NCBI GenBank assembly: GCA_963827545.1
Contig: CAWHBI010000048.1
Span: 43,665 to 107,664, forward strand
Length of the DNA stretch: 64,000 nt
Source of the DNA: an uncultured Alphaproteobacteria bacterium
GTDB taxonomy: Bacteria > Pseudomonadota > Alphaproteobacteria > Rhizobiales > Hyphomicrobiaceae
Reading direction: 5' to 3'
A program made the position numbers and the translations under genes. The notes under the pieces are model-generated. The model was not told the origin of the DNA, ran no database searches, and saw only the letters and a program-made list of their open reading frames with translations. Shown in pieces: positions 47,593-57,593 of the stretch (the first letter of the stretch is position 1; every line of letters begins with the position of its first letter).

Positions 47593-49684
47593 ATGAACTC
47601 GCGCACGGTTATTGCCGTGGCTTTCGCCGCAACGATGGCGCTAGCAGGCTTCCTGCTGTTCCAGGTGCAGCTGGTGCTCGCCAAGTTCATCCTGCCGTGG
47701 TTCGGCGGCAGCGCGTCGACGTGGCTCGTGTGCCTGCTGTTCTTTCAGGTGGCGCTGCTTGCAGGGTATGCGCATGCTTATGCCATCACCCGGCCGTTGC
47801 CTATCCCTCGTCAGGTGCAAGTGCAGATCGCCCTTCTTGGCCTGAGCCTGGCGCTGCTGCCGATCACACCATCTGAGATCTGGAAGCCGCAGGACGCAGG
47901 CGACCCGACGTGGCGCATTCTCGGTCTGCTCGCTGCATGCGTCGGCGTGCCCTATGTCGTGCTTGCCGCAACTACGCCGCTGCTGTCGCGCTGGCTCGCG
48001 CGCTCCGAGCCTTCGCTCGATCCAATACGTTTCTTCGCCGCCTCGAACCTCGGCTCCTTCGCCGGCCTCCTGTCCTATCCCTTCGCCTTCGAGCGCCTGC
48101 TGTCGAGCGGAGAGCAGACACGCTGGTGGTCCTGGGCCTATGCGCTGTTTGCGGCGCTGTTTGCCGCATGCGGCCTTCTGACGATCATTCGTGCGCGGGG
48201 CGACGAGACGGGTGATGCGCCGGCGCGGCCGGCTGAACGAGGCGATCCGCTCTTGGCGTGGATTGCCTATCCCGCGCTCGGCTCGATCCTGCTGCTCGCC
48301 ACGACCAACGCGATCACCCAATGGTCCGCCGTCCTGCCGTTCCTGTGGGTGGTTCCGCTCAGCCTCTATCTCCTGACCTTTGTGATCGCCTTCGGCCATC
48401 CTCGACTTTATCGCCGAGACGCCTTCGGTGCGGCGTTCCTGCTCCTGGGGGGTACCACCTTCCTGCTGGCGCCGCCGGGCTCCTCCTTCGGCCTCCTGAG
48501 CCAGCTCGCGCTCCACTCGGCAGCGCTGTTTGCCGGATGCATGATCTGCCATGGGGAGCTGGTCAAACTTCAGCCGGAGCCCGCACGATTGCCCGGATTC
48601 TATCTCGCCATCGCGGCCGGCGGCGCGCTGGGCGGCGTCGTTGTGGCGCTGGTGGCACCTCTCGCATTCAACGACTATCTCGAGCATCCGCTTGTGCTCT
48701 TGGCGATTGCCATCGCGGCGCTGGCAGGCGGACTGCGCCATGCGACGGCGCGCAAGCCCAGCTGGGCCGCGGCAGCCTTGGGTGCGTCGGGCTTCTATTT
48801 CCTCTCCGCTCTCGCCTTGGCAGTGTGGGAGGGGATCAGTGCCGGCGCGGTTGTCGAGCGCGTGCGCAATTTCTACGGGGTCGTCAAAATCGTGCGCCAG
48901 AACGCGGGGGACTCCACAGCAGTACAGCCTCAACCTCATGCAGGCGGGCGTCGACCAGGGCGGCCAGTTCCAGAGCGCCGAGCGCAAGATGCAGCCGGTC
49001 TGCGGCTTCGACGAGCGCAGCGGCCTGGGTCTCGCCGTAGCGCACCACGCCAAACGCCGCGCGAGTGGACCGCAAGCGCCGTTGCGCATCGGCATCGTCG
49101 GGCTCGGCGCCGGAATGATCGCGGCGCTCGGGCGCGAGGGCGACACCATGCGCTACTACGAGCTCAATCCGGCCGTGCTCGATCTTTCGAGCCGGCACTT
49201 CACGTTCATGAGAGCCGGCAAGGCAAAAATCGATGTCCTGCTCGGCGACGGGCGGCTCGTGCTCGACCGGCAGCTGAAGGCGAACGATGCACAGCGTTTC
49301 GACGTCCTGGTGCTGAACGCGTTCCGGGGTGCGGCGCCCCCCATGCACCTGATGACGAAGGAGGCGTTCGACATCTATGTGGCTCATCTTGCCGAGGACG
49401 GCATTCTGGCCGTCAACTTCGAGCTCGACACCTTCGAGATGGCGCCGCTGCATCGCGGCATGGCGAGACGGTCCCGCCTCGACGTGCGCTGGTTCGAGAC
49501 GAGGGAAGGCGACGGCTGCGAGGGGCCCATCAGCTGGGCTCTCTATACGAAGGACAGGGCTTTCTTCGAGGCGAGGACAGTCAGAAGGGCGATCTCGCCG
49601 TGGCGCGACGACGCCACGTCCGAGCTGGTTTGGACCGACAACGACAGCAACCTGATGAGCATCATCAACTGGCGCCGGGAATGA
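47593..49684 (+). pseudogene. Fused polytopic-membrane / spermidine-synthase-like protein, with a frameshift at a G5 run near 48906-48910
   Basis: The N-terminal ~440 aa form a multi-TM region in the 47566 frame, ending at ...NFYGVVKIVRQNAGD. The C-terminal methyltransferase-fold domain (IGIVGLGAGMIAALG..., DVLVLNAF) lies in the 48551 frame. Confidence 0.75.
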
Positions 49685-49686
49685 TA

Positions 49687-49858
49687 ATGAACCTACCCGT
49701 CATCCCGGAGGCCGAGCCCCGGCTCGGAGGTCGGGGCGAGGCCATCCGGGATCTGCCACACCGACGCACCTCGCCGCAGGTCCCGGCTCTGCGCGATTCG
49801 CGCTTGCAGCGCGATCGCTGGGCCGGGATGACGGGTGGATTCATTGGCTCGACGGTAT
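49687..49858. repeat. MITE-like repeat, family C, copy 1
   Basis: Terminal inverted repeats AATGAACCTACCCGTCATCCCGG ... CCGGGATGACGGGTGGATTCATT. The core matches the reverse complement of 60667-60810. Both copies are followed by the identical sequence ATTCATTGGCTCGACGGTAT. Confidence 0.8.
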
Positions 49859-50347
49859 CACGTCCCGCATCGGCACCAGAGCCGTGCGCTCGAAGGTCAT
49901 GAACACGGTGCCGTCCGCCTTGAGGCCGCGCGTGCGGACGGTTACGAGGCCCTGGCCGGGCCGGCTCTTCGACGGGCGCTTGGAGAGCACCTCGCTGTCG
50001 GCGTAGATGGTGTCGCCGACGAACACCGGGGCGGTCAGCTCGACTTTGCTCCAACCGAGGTTGGCGATGGCCTTCTGGCTCACGTCGGCGACGCTCATGC
50101 CGGTGACGATCGACAGCGTGAGGCAGCTGTTGACGAGCGGCTTCTTGAATTCCGTGCCGGCAGCATAGGCGGCATCGAAATGCAGCGGGTGCTGGTTCAT
50201 GGTCAGCAGCGTGAACCAGATGTTGTCGGCCTCAGTGATGGTGCGGCCCGGCCGGTGCTCGTAGACGTGTCCGACCACAAAGTCGTCGTAGGTGCGGCCG
50301 ATGTCGGCGCGATAGCGGCCGGGTGCGATTTCCTTGGTGGCGCGCAT
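49841..50347 (-). CDS. MaoC-like (R)-hydratase, itaconyl/mesaconyl-CoA hydratase-like
   Basis: Hot-dog fold with NQHPLHFD. The last codons and the stop lie inside repeat C copy 1. Confidence 0.8.
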   Translation of the reverse strand: MRATKEIAPGRYRADIGRTYDDFVVGHVYEHRPGRTITEADNIWFTLLTMNQHPLHFDAAYAAGTEFKKPLVNSCLTLSIVTGMSVADVSQKAIANLGWSKVELTAPVFVGDTIYADSEVLSKRPSKSRPGQGLVTVRTRGLKADGTVFMTFERTALVPMRDVIPSSQ

Positions 50348-50358
50348 GTTGGCTCTCG

Positions 50359-51481
50359 TCAGGGGTTGCGCCGGTGGGCGGTCAGGATGGCATTGTGCTC
50401 GCCGAGCTGCGGCTCGCGCAGCGATGGCTCGGCCGGCTCATGCAGGAAGCGGACAACGGGCGCGATGTGCTCGCGGCCGAACTCGTCCGCGAGAATGAGC
50501 CCGCGCGCGCGAACATTGGCGTCGTCTAGCGCCTCGCGCAGCGAATTGATGGGCGCGAAGCTGACATCCATGTCCTCGAACCAAGCGCGCCAGTGCGCGA
50601 GCGGCTTCTCGCGGAAGACGCCGCTCAGGAAATCGATGACGGGGGCCTGGTGCGCGCCCGGTCCCCGCTCGCACAGGGGCACCAGATCGGGCCGCGCGAG
50701 CCGGCCCAGCAGGTTGCGCACGAACTTGATCTCCTGGGCGCCCAGCACGAGATGGCGCCCGTCGCTGGTTGGGTAGATCTGGTAGAAAGCCGAGCCGCCA
50801 GTGCTGCGCTCGTGCTTCGGCGTTCGGCTGTGGTCTTCCCGACATCGCCGCCCCCATCACGTTAGGAAGCGCGGCGAGCGCCGCGTGGTGCATGGCGACG
50901 TCGATGTAGTCACCGCGGCCCGTCTTCTCGCGCCGGATGAGCGCCATCAGCACGCCGGAGAGTGCCTGCAGCGCGCTCACGATGTCGGCGACAGCAACCC
51001 CCGGCATGGCGGGTGCGCCATCCTGCCCCAGCGTCATGCTGAGCGCGCCACTGAGCGCCATGGTGGCGAGGTCATGCGCCGGCCGGTCGCGGTAGGGGCC
51101 GTCCTGCCCGAAGGCGCTGATGGAGCAGTAGACGATGCGCGGGTTGCGCGCCGCAACAGTCGCATAGTCGACGCCGAGCCGATGCATGACGCCTGGGCGG
51201 TAGGATTCGACGAACACGTCTGCCCCGTCGCAGAGACGGAGCAATCTCTCGCGACCCTCTGCCGTCTTGAGATCGATGACCACACTCTTCTTGCCGCGAT
51301 TGACGTTGCGGAAGAACACGGTCGACGGCCCGTCCGAGAGGCCGATATGGCGACCTGGATCGCCTTCACCTGGCGGCTCAACCTTGATCACCTCGGCGCC
51401 GTGGTCGGCGAGCGCCATGGTGAGATAGGGCCCGGGCAGGAACACCGAGAGATCGACGACCGTGAGACCCTCGAGCTTCAT
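50359..51481 (-). pseudogene. Family III CoA-transferase (CaiB/BaiF), with a frameshift near 50817-50825
   Basis: N-terminus: MKLEGLTVVDLSVFLPGPYLTMALADHGAEVIKVEPP... in the frame of ORF 50438..51481. The C-terminus (..STGGSAFYQIYPTSDGRHLVLGAQEIKFVRNL...) is in the frame of ORF 50359..50748. Confidence 0.8.
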
Positions 51482-51487
51482 GCACTC

Positions 51488-52648
51488 TCACTCCGCAGCG
51501 GCCTTGGGCTGCGCGGCGTCCAGCAGTGTCTGGTTGTCGGCACCCAGCGGCGAACAGACCTTCTGCTCGGGCCGCACGCCGTCGATTTTCAGGGGGTTTG
51601 CCAGCAGCTTGAAATCGCCCTTTGCCGGATGCGGCACCGTCCGCACCATGCCCGTCTCGGCGACGAACGGGTTGGCGAACGCCTGCGCCACGTCATAGAC
51701 GGGCGCCACCGGGATCACGCCGACGAACTGCTCCAGCCACTGGCCCGTGGTCTTCTTCTGCAGCTCGGCGTCGAACACGCTGGTGAGCTCGGCCCGGTTC
51801 TCGCGCCGCGCTGCCGCGCTCGAGAACTTCGGATCAGCGCCGAGGTCCGGGCGGCCGATACGCGCAATCAGCTCCTCCCAGAACTTGTCCAGCATGCACA
51901 TGATGTAGATCCAGCCGTCGCTGGTGCGGAACGTCTGCACCGGCGTCATGGAGAGGTGCGAGCCTCGCGGCAACCGGGTCGGCATGTCACCGCCGTTGAG
52001 ATACCAGGTGCCAGGATAAGACAGCTGGTGCAGCGCGACATCGAACAGGCTGGCGTCCACGTCGCACCCCTGCCCGGTCTTACGCGCGCGCATCACGCAG
52101 CCGAGCAGCCCGACGACCCCTGTCATGCCGGTCATGAAGTCGATGAGCGAGAGGCCGAAGCGCACGGGCGGGCCGTCAGGCTCGCCCGTCATGCTCATCA
52201 GCCCGGCCTCGGCCTGCATGAGGTAGTCGTAGCCCGGCCAACTCTTGCGCGCGTTGTCGCGGCCATAAGCCGAGATGTGCAGGCACACGATGGCGGGATT
52301 CACCGGCTCGAGGCTCCTGTAGTCGAGCCCGAGCTTCTCGGGCTGGTCGCCGCGCAGATTGTTGACGATGGCTTCCGAGCTGGCGGCCAGGCTGCGAAAT
52401 GCCTGCTGGCCTCCTTCGGTCTTGAGGTCGAGAGTGATGCTCTTCTTGTTGGAGCCCCAGGTCTGGAAGTACTGGCTATCGTTAGGTCCGAGAAAGTGCG
52501 GCCCCACGTGGCGGGCGGCGTCCCCGTTTGTTGCTGCGTTCTCGATCTTGATCACCTCCGCTCCCAGATCGGCCAGGAACATCGAGCCGTAGGGACCGGC
52601 GCCGAACTGCTCCAGCGCCAGGACCCGCATGCCTTCGAGGGGCTTCAT
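51488..52648 (-). CDS. Family III CoA-transferase (CaiB/BaiF)
   Basis: GMRVLALEQFGAGPYGSMFLADLGAEVIKIE and full-length family III architecture. The start overlaps the upstream stop (ATGA). Confidence 0.9.
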   Translation of the reverse strand: MKPLEGMRVLALEQFGAGPYGSMFLADLGAEVIKIENAATNGDAARHVGPHFLGPNDSQYFQTWGSNKKSITLDLKTEGGQQAFRSLAASSEAIVNNLRGDQPEKLGLDYRSLEPVNPAIVCLHISAYGRDNARKSWPGYDYLMQAEAGLMSMTGEPDGPPVRFGLSLIDFMTGMTGVVGLLGCVMRARKTGQGCDVDASLFDVALHQLSYPGTWYLNGGDMPTRLPRGSHLSMTPVQTFRTSDGWIYIMCMLDKFWEELIARIGRPDLGADPKFSSAAARRENRAELTSVFDAELQKKTTGQWLEQFVGVIPVAPVYDVAQAFANPFVAETGMVRTVPHPAKGDFKLLANPLKIDGVRPEQKVCSPLGADNQTLLDAAQPKAAAE

Positions 52649-53820
52649 GAGACGGGGTTCCGCTTGATCCATTGCCTGGCGATGATGATGCGCTGCATCT
52701 CGTTGGTGCCCTCGCCAATGCACATGAGAGGCGCATCGCGGTAGAGGCGCTCGATGTCGAACTCCTTGGAATAGCCGTAGCCGCCGTGGATGCGCAGTGA
52801 CTCGATGCTGTTCTCCAGCGCCGCCTCGGAGGCGAAGTACTTGGCCATGCCTGCCTCCAGGTCGCAGCGTTCGCCGCGGTCGAAGGCGGCAGCCGCATCG
52901 AGCGTCAGCAGCCGGGCCGCGCGCGCCTTAGTGGCCATCTCGCCGAGCTTCAACTGGATCGCCTGGTGCTCGCAGATGGGCTTGCCGAAGGTCTTGCGCA
53001 GCTGCGCGTACTCGGTGGCTAGTCGGAGAGCGCCCTCGGCGACGCCGACGCCGCGCGCGGCGACGTTGATGCGGCCGAGCTCGAGCCCGCCGGTGGCCTG
53101 GAAGAAGCCCTGGCCCTCCACGCCGCCGATCAGGTGGTCGGCGGAGAGGCGATAGTCCTCGAAGACGAGCTCGCCCGAATCGATCGACTTGTAGCCGAGC
53201 TTCTCGAGCTTGCGGCCCACCTTGAAGCCCGCCTGCTTGGGGGCGATGAACATGCTCATGCCCTTGTAGCGCGGCTCGGCCGCGGGATCGGTCTTCACCA
53301 GCAGCGCGACGCAGTTGCCCTCGATGCCGTTCGAGATCCAGGTCTTGGTGCCGTTGATGACGTAGCCGTTGCCATCGCGCTTCGCGATGGTGCGGATGGC
53401 CTGCAGATCGGTGCCGGCGTCGGGCTCGGTGAGGGCGAGGCCGCCGCGCACCTCGCCGCTGGCGAGCCGCGACAGCCAGGTAACCTTCTGGGCCTCGGTG
53501 CCGAATTTCTCGATCGCCAGCGCCAGCATCAGGTGGGAGTTGAAGATGCCGGTGACGGCCATCCAGTCGCGCGAGATGCGCATGACGATCTTGGCGTAGG
53601 TACCGGCGGGAAGGCCGAGCCCGCCGTACTCCTGCGCGATGGTGGCGCCGAACAGGCCCAGCTCCTTCATCTGCTCGACGGTCTCGGCCGGATAGCGGTC
53701 GGCGTGGTCGTATTCCTTGACGATCGGCTTCACCTCCTTCTCGACCCAGCGGTCGATGGTGGCGAGCAGCTGCGCCTCGTCGTCGGGATCGATGTTGCGC
53801 AGCTGGGACGTGGCGGACAT
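52645..53820 (-). CDS. Acyl-CoA dehydrogenase
   Basis: LALTEPDAGTDL, TKTWISNG and IHGGYGYSKEFDIERLYRDAPLMCIGEGTNEMQR. The ATG at 53820 has RBS AAGGAA. Confidence 0.9.
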   Translation of the reverse strand: MSATSQLRNIDPDDEAQLLATIDRWVEKEVKPIVKEYDHADRYPAETVEQMKELGLFGATIAQEYGGLGLPAGTYAKIVMRISRDWMAVTGIFNSHLMLALAIEKFGTEAQKVTWLSRLASGEVRGGLALTEPDAGTDLQAIRTIAKRDGNGYVINGTKTWISNGIEGNCVALLVKTDPAAEPRYKGMSMFIAPKQAGFKVGRKLEKLGYKSIDSGELVFEDYRLSADHLIGGVEGQGFFQATGGLELGRINVAARGVGVAEGALRLATEYAQLRKTFGKPICEHQAIQLKLGEMATKARAARLLTLDAAAAFDRGERCDLEAGMAKYFASEAALENSIESLRIHGGYGYSKEFDIERLYRDAPLMCIGEGTNEMQRIIIARQWIKRNPVS

Positions 53821-53985
53821 GGCGTTTCCTTGCGGTGGGCTCGTTGATCGCGGCCCTGTCCACGCAGTCATAGCTGGGCTCGCGCCCCTCTTCCAGCCAT
53901 CCATCCATTTCAGGCAAGGCGCACCCAAAAAAGGGGCCGCTCTTGCGAGCGGCCCAGGAAGCGGAGACGATTGCCGTCCGGTTGT

Positions 53986-54743
53986 TATTTCATAGGCGAG
54001 GGATGCTCGATGCGATCGCCGAACCTGTAGGTCAGCACCACGCGCGCGGTGTGCATGGAGGGCTCCAGGTGGATGCCGCTGGGCTCGGACTGTCTGCTGC
54101 ACCCCTCGTCGCAGTCGTTGAAAGAGAGCCGTCAGCTGTTCGCTGTCAAGCTGGGTGAAGCGATACTCGGCGCGTAGCGACCAGTTACCGCCAAGCCGGC
54201 TCTCGACGCCGGCGCCCACGAAGTAGCCGCTGAAGTCGGGCACTCTCAAGGACCCAGCTGGACCGAGATTGATGTCATCGAACGAGGCCCTGGTGTAGCC
54301 GGCCATGCCCGTACCACAGGGTCGAGGGGCTGATCAGAAATCCGAGGCGGCCTCCGATCGACCATGAATGCGTCATGGTCGAGCGAAGTGCGGAAACCCT
54401 CATCGGGGACCCTGAGATCGGTCGAGATGTCCGAAAAGTCGAAGTCGAAGAAGACTCCGCCGACCCACTTTCCGAACTGGCCGGTCGTAGCCGACCGTCA
54501 GGGTGCCAAAGATCCCCTCTCCACCAAAGCCGTCCAGATTGGCGATCGTGAAGTCACCTGTCCTTGAAGGTCGTGTCGTGAACCACCGCGCCAGCGCCGA
54601 TACCGGCACCAAGATAGAAGCCGCGTCCACTGAAGGCGCGGTCTCGCAGCAGCGCGCCGGAGCGCGATGTTCAAGCCGTCTGCAATGGCGCTGCTCGTCA
54701 TGAGAGCAATGGCCGCCACCAAGCCCGCAAAGTGTCTATGCAT
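53986..54743 (-). pseudogene. Decayed outer-membrane beta-barrel (Omp25/Omp31/porin-family-like) gene with multiple frameshifts
   Basis: The pieces lie in different frames. They are: signal peptide MHRHFAGLVAAIALMTSSAIA; FSGRGFYLGAGIGAGAVVHD; GDFTIANLDGFGGEGIFGTLTVGYDR; GGVFFDFDFSD; GYTRASFDDINLG...FVGAGVESRLGGNWSLRAEYRFTQL; and the C-terminal HTARVVLTYRFG. Confidence 0.6.
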
Positions 54744-54887
54744 TAGAAAGATCCTGTTCAGTTGGCACGGGCGCACTGGCGCGCGTGCTGCTGCGCGAAC
54801 GGGACCTGGGCGCGCCCTTAACCGATTGCGGAGGAAAAAAGGCGCACCTGCGTCCCAACAGTGGCGGGAGATAAGCGATTCGCAGGC

Positions 54888-54917
54888 TGCACTGTGCAGG
54901 ATATCCTGCACAGTGCA
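54888..54917. promoter_or_regulatory. Perfect 30-bp palindrome (candidate operator)
   Basis: TGCACTGTGCAGGAT|ATCCTGCACAGTGCA, about 145 bp upstream of the decayed OMP start. A related half-site, TTGTGCAGGAT, recurs at 55438-55448. Confidence 0.4.
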
Positions 54918-55620
54918 TCTCATTGCAACAAGAGCGTGCCTCGGCGGCAACACGTTGACCCTGAGGGCCCCCGGCAGCGGCCCCGGTACGGCCGTGACCA
55001 GCATCTTTCCAGCAGCCGGCGCCCAGGCCCCCAGAAATGGATGGCCATGGCGCGTGGCTCCCATCGCTGGAACCAAGCCGGCGAACTTCAAGGATTGATG
55101 GCAAAGAGCGCGCGGTTCAGCGCTCGCACGCAGCAATGGGCAACGCTCACCAGTCGCCGGGCATGATCGAAGCCATGCCGATCAGCGCCGCAACCAAGGC
55201 TACAAGCAGTAAATTCAGCTTCCAATCCGATTGGTGTTTCAGCAGTCGCTCGGCACCAACGGCGCCGCTGGCCCCAGAAGCGAGGGCCGCCGCCAAGCCG
55301 ACAATGAGCCTGGTCATCTGGAGGTCCTGTCCAATCTGGCCTGCGGCCCTGGACCGCCGCAATGCCCCATGGTGGAAACGGGAGACGCCAATTGCGTCCC
55401 AATGCACACACACCTCATAGATGATTTGCAGGAAGACTTGTGCAGGATGACCTGTGTGGGTCGACACGTCCCGTGCTCTGCGTGCTCTGGCGGCCACAGA
55501 GCCTTGGAAGGCCTCAACGGATGATCTGGCGTTGGCTGCTTGGCCGAGACGATCTGAACAGCCGCATGACGCGTTGAGGCCAATGCCCCTCAGGACGCGC
55601 ACGACGCATAACCAAGCGGC

Positions 55621-55890
55621 TCACTGGCGGTGAATGGCTACGATGTCCAGGTAATCGAGCTCGACTTTGCAGTTCGCGGTGCGGAGCTGCAACGACCCAT
55701 AGTACGAGGCATCGCGGTCTTTCACGGCGCGGTTGCCCATTTTGTGCCAGGCGAACTGCCCCACGTGCGTTCTGCCATCGGCAGTCGAGACGACCAGATT
55801 GGGAGCCGGGCACACGCCAATCTCGCAGAGTAGAGCGACGATGCGCTGAATTTGCTCGATTTCCAGCGGGCTTGTGGCTTTCCTCGGCAT
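55621..55890 (-). CDS. Hypothetical protein
   Basis: This is the only sizeable ORF in a region of low coding density. The start is uncertain (55890 or 55962) and I recognise no family. Confidence 0.25.
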   Translation of the reverse strand: MPRKATSPLEIEQIQRIVALLCEIGVCPAPNLVVSTADGRTHVGQFAWHKMGNRAVKDRDASYYGSLQLRTANCKVELDYLDIVAIHRQ

Positions 55891-56340
55891 TCGTTTCACA
55901 CACACACCGGTCGCCGCGCCGAACCAGTCCCGTCTCAGTTGCATGGCATTATCAAATTGCATTCCTGGCGTGCAATACGGCCTGAAGTCGGTGGGCTGGC
56001 TGGGCCAAATGCAGGGGGTTGCGCCTTGCGTGTGCCCGACCAAGGGACATCAGCAGAGCCGTGAGGTCGCAAGATGCTGAACGAGTTCCGGATGACGTGG
56101 GCAGCCGACTCGGTCCGGCGCCGGCGTGAAGTCCCACAGCGGGGCTAAACTGGCGGTTCTACAGTTTCAGGCTTGTGGGGGCGGTGACACCGTCATTGGC
56201 TGGTCACACACCCGAGCCAAAGTGCCCGCGGGCTGGGCGCAGCTCTTGCTTCCTCACGATCGAGCAAGCATTGTTGTCGAATTAGGGGTCTGAAATAGGG
56301 TCAGTCGAGTGGTGTTTGGGGGCGTGATCTGACGATCGCG

Positions 56341-57120
56341 GTGCTACTGGTGCGTGCGTATACTTCAAGCCAAATTTTTTTCGGCGACCGTGTGGTGGCG
56401 GACAATTGTCCCGCATGTTCCGCTCATCCAGCACTCAAAACGGATGGACCGGAGACCTCCAGGAACCCCTTGTCACGTCTGTATGACGCTGGACGATTGC
56501 CGCAGCCGCTGGGCGGCATTCCCAAGAGGGTTTTTGACGTCGTGGGGGCCTCGATCGCGCTCGTGCTGCTGGCGCCGATCATGCTGATGGCGGCGGTGCT
56601 GGTGCGCGTCTTCATGGGCGGGCCGGCCATCTTTGCGCACAAGCGCGTCGGCTTCGATGGCAGGACCTTCGTGTGCTACAAGTTCCGCACCATGCTGGTC
56701 GACGGCGAGGCGGTGCTGCGCCGGCACCTGGCCGCCGATGCGGATGCAGCCGAGGAATGGCGCAAGACGCGCAAGCTCAGGAACGACCCGAGGGTCGGCT
56801 GCCTCGGCAACATCCTGCGCAAGTCGAGCCTCCACGAGCTGCCGCAACTCATCAATGTCCTGCGCGGCGACATGAGCCTGGTCGGGCCGCGGCCGGTGGT
56901 GCCCGAGGAGATCGAGCGCTACGGCCGCCATGCGCGCATGTGCTTGCGGGCGCGGCCGGGGCTGACGGGGATGTGGCAGGTGACCGGGCGCAACGGCGTG
57001 AGCTACCCCGCGCGCATCGCCCGCGACCTCTACTATGCGCGCCACTGGTCGCTGTGGCTCGATCTGGCGCTGCTGATCAAGACCATCCCCGCGGTGCTGA
57101 ACTTCGATCGGACATCTTAG
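56341..57120 (+). CDS. Bacterial sugar transferase (polyprenyl-phosphate hexose-1-phosphate transferase, ExoY/WbaP C-terminal type)
   Basis: KRVFDVVGASIALVLLAPIMLMAAV, KFRTM, NDPRV, LDELPQL-like (LHELPQLINVLRGDMSLVGPRP) and GLTGMWQV. The start is uncertain. Confidence 0.8.
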   Translation: MLLVRAYTSSQIFFGDRVVADNCPACSAHPALKTDGPETSRNPLSRLYDAGRLPQPLGGIPKRVFDVVGASIALVLLAPIMLMAAVLVRVFMGGPAIFAHKRVGFDGRTFVCYKFRTMLVDGEAVLRRHLAADADAAEEWRKTRKLRNDPRVGCLGNILRKSSLHELPQLINVLRGDMSLVGPRPVVPEEIERYGRHARMCLRARPGLTGMWQVTGRNGVSYPARIARDLYYARHWSLWLDLALLIKTIPAVLNFDRTS

Positions 57121-57168
57121 GGGGGCCAGGGTTGCCGCCTCGAGCATGAGATGCAGGATGCCGGGTCG

Positions 57169-57317
57169 CTAGAGCAAGATCGTTTCTGATCGAAGCGCTT
57201 CGCTTCGATCATGGAACGTGAATTCTCTCGAGTCTATGAATAGAGCAGGATTCGCACTTCGGCCGCCACGTTGCAGTTGAGGCAAGGTGATTTAATCCGA
57301 AGCGATCCTGCTCTAGC
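57169..57317. repeat. MITE-like repeat, family A, copy 2
   Basis: It is the reverse-complement match of 17242-17393 and has the same terminal inverted repeats. Confidence 0.8.
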
Positions 57318-57347
57318 GCAGGCGTTGCTGCTTTGCGAGAGCGGCGA

Positions 57348-57593
57348 CTACGTTTCTGATCGATTCAAGGCACAGGTCAGGGTCACACCCGCGAGGTAGC
57401 CCATCTGGAGCGCGGTGAGCGATCCGAAGCCGAGTAGCACGGCCGCCAGCAGCGACCATTGCATGAGCGGCGCGAGAGCGAGGCAGCCAACGAAGGTCAC
57501 ACCCGAAGCTGCTATGACGGCCGGCGCACGCAGGCATAAGCCGAGCAGCAACCCTGTCCCACCGGCGATGGCAACCGCCCAGAGCACGACCAA
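57348..57593 (-). CDS. Small hydrophobic membrane protein (hypothetical)
   Basis: 81 aa with about 3 TM helices. I recognise no family. Confidence 0.35.
   Translation of the reverse strand: MVVLWAVAIAGGTGLLLGLCLRAPAVIAASGVTFVGCLALAPLMQWSLLAAVLLGFGSLTALQMGYLAGVTLTCALNRSET

Noticed and set aside
55147-55317. 56-aa two-TM ORF (MTRLIVGLAAALASG...).
   Set aside because: The RBS is poor and I recognise no family. It lies in a region where the other reading frames are equally open. It is too weak to list as a feature.
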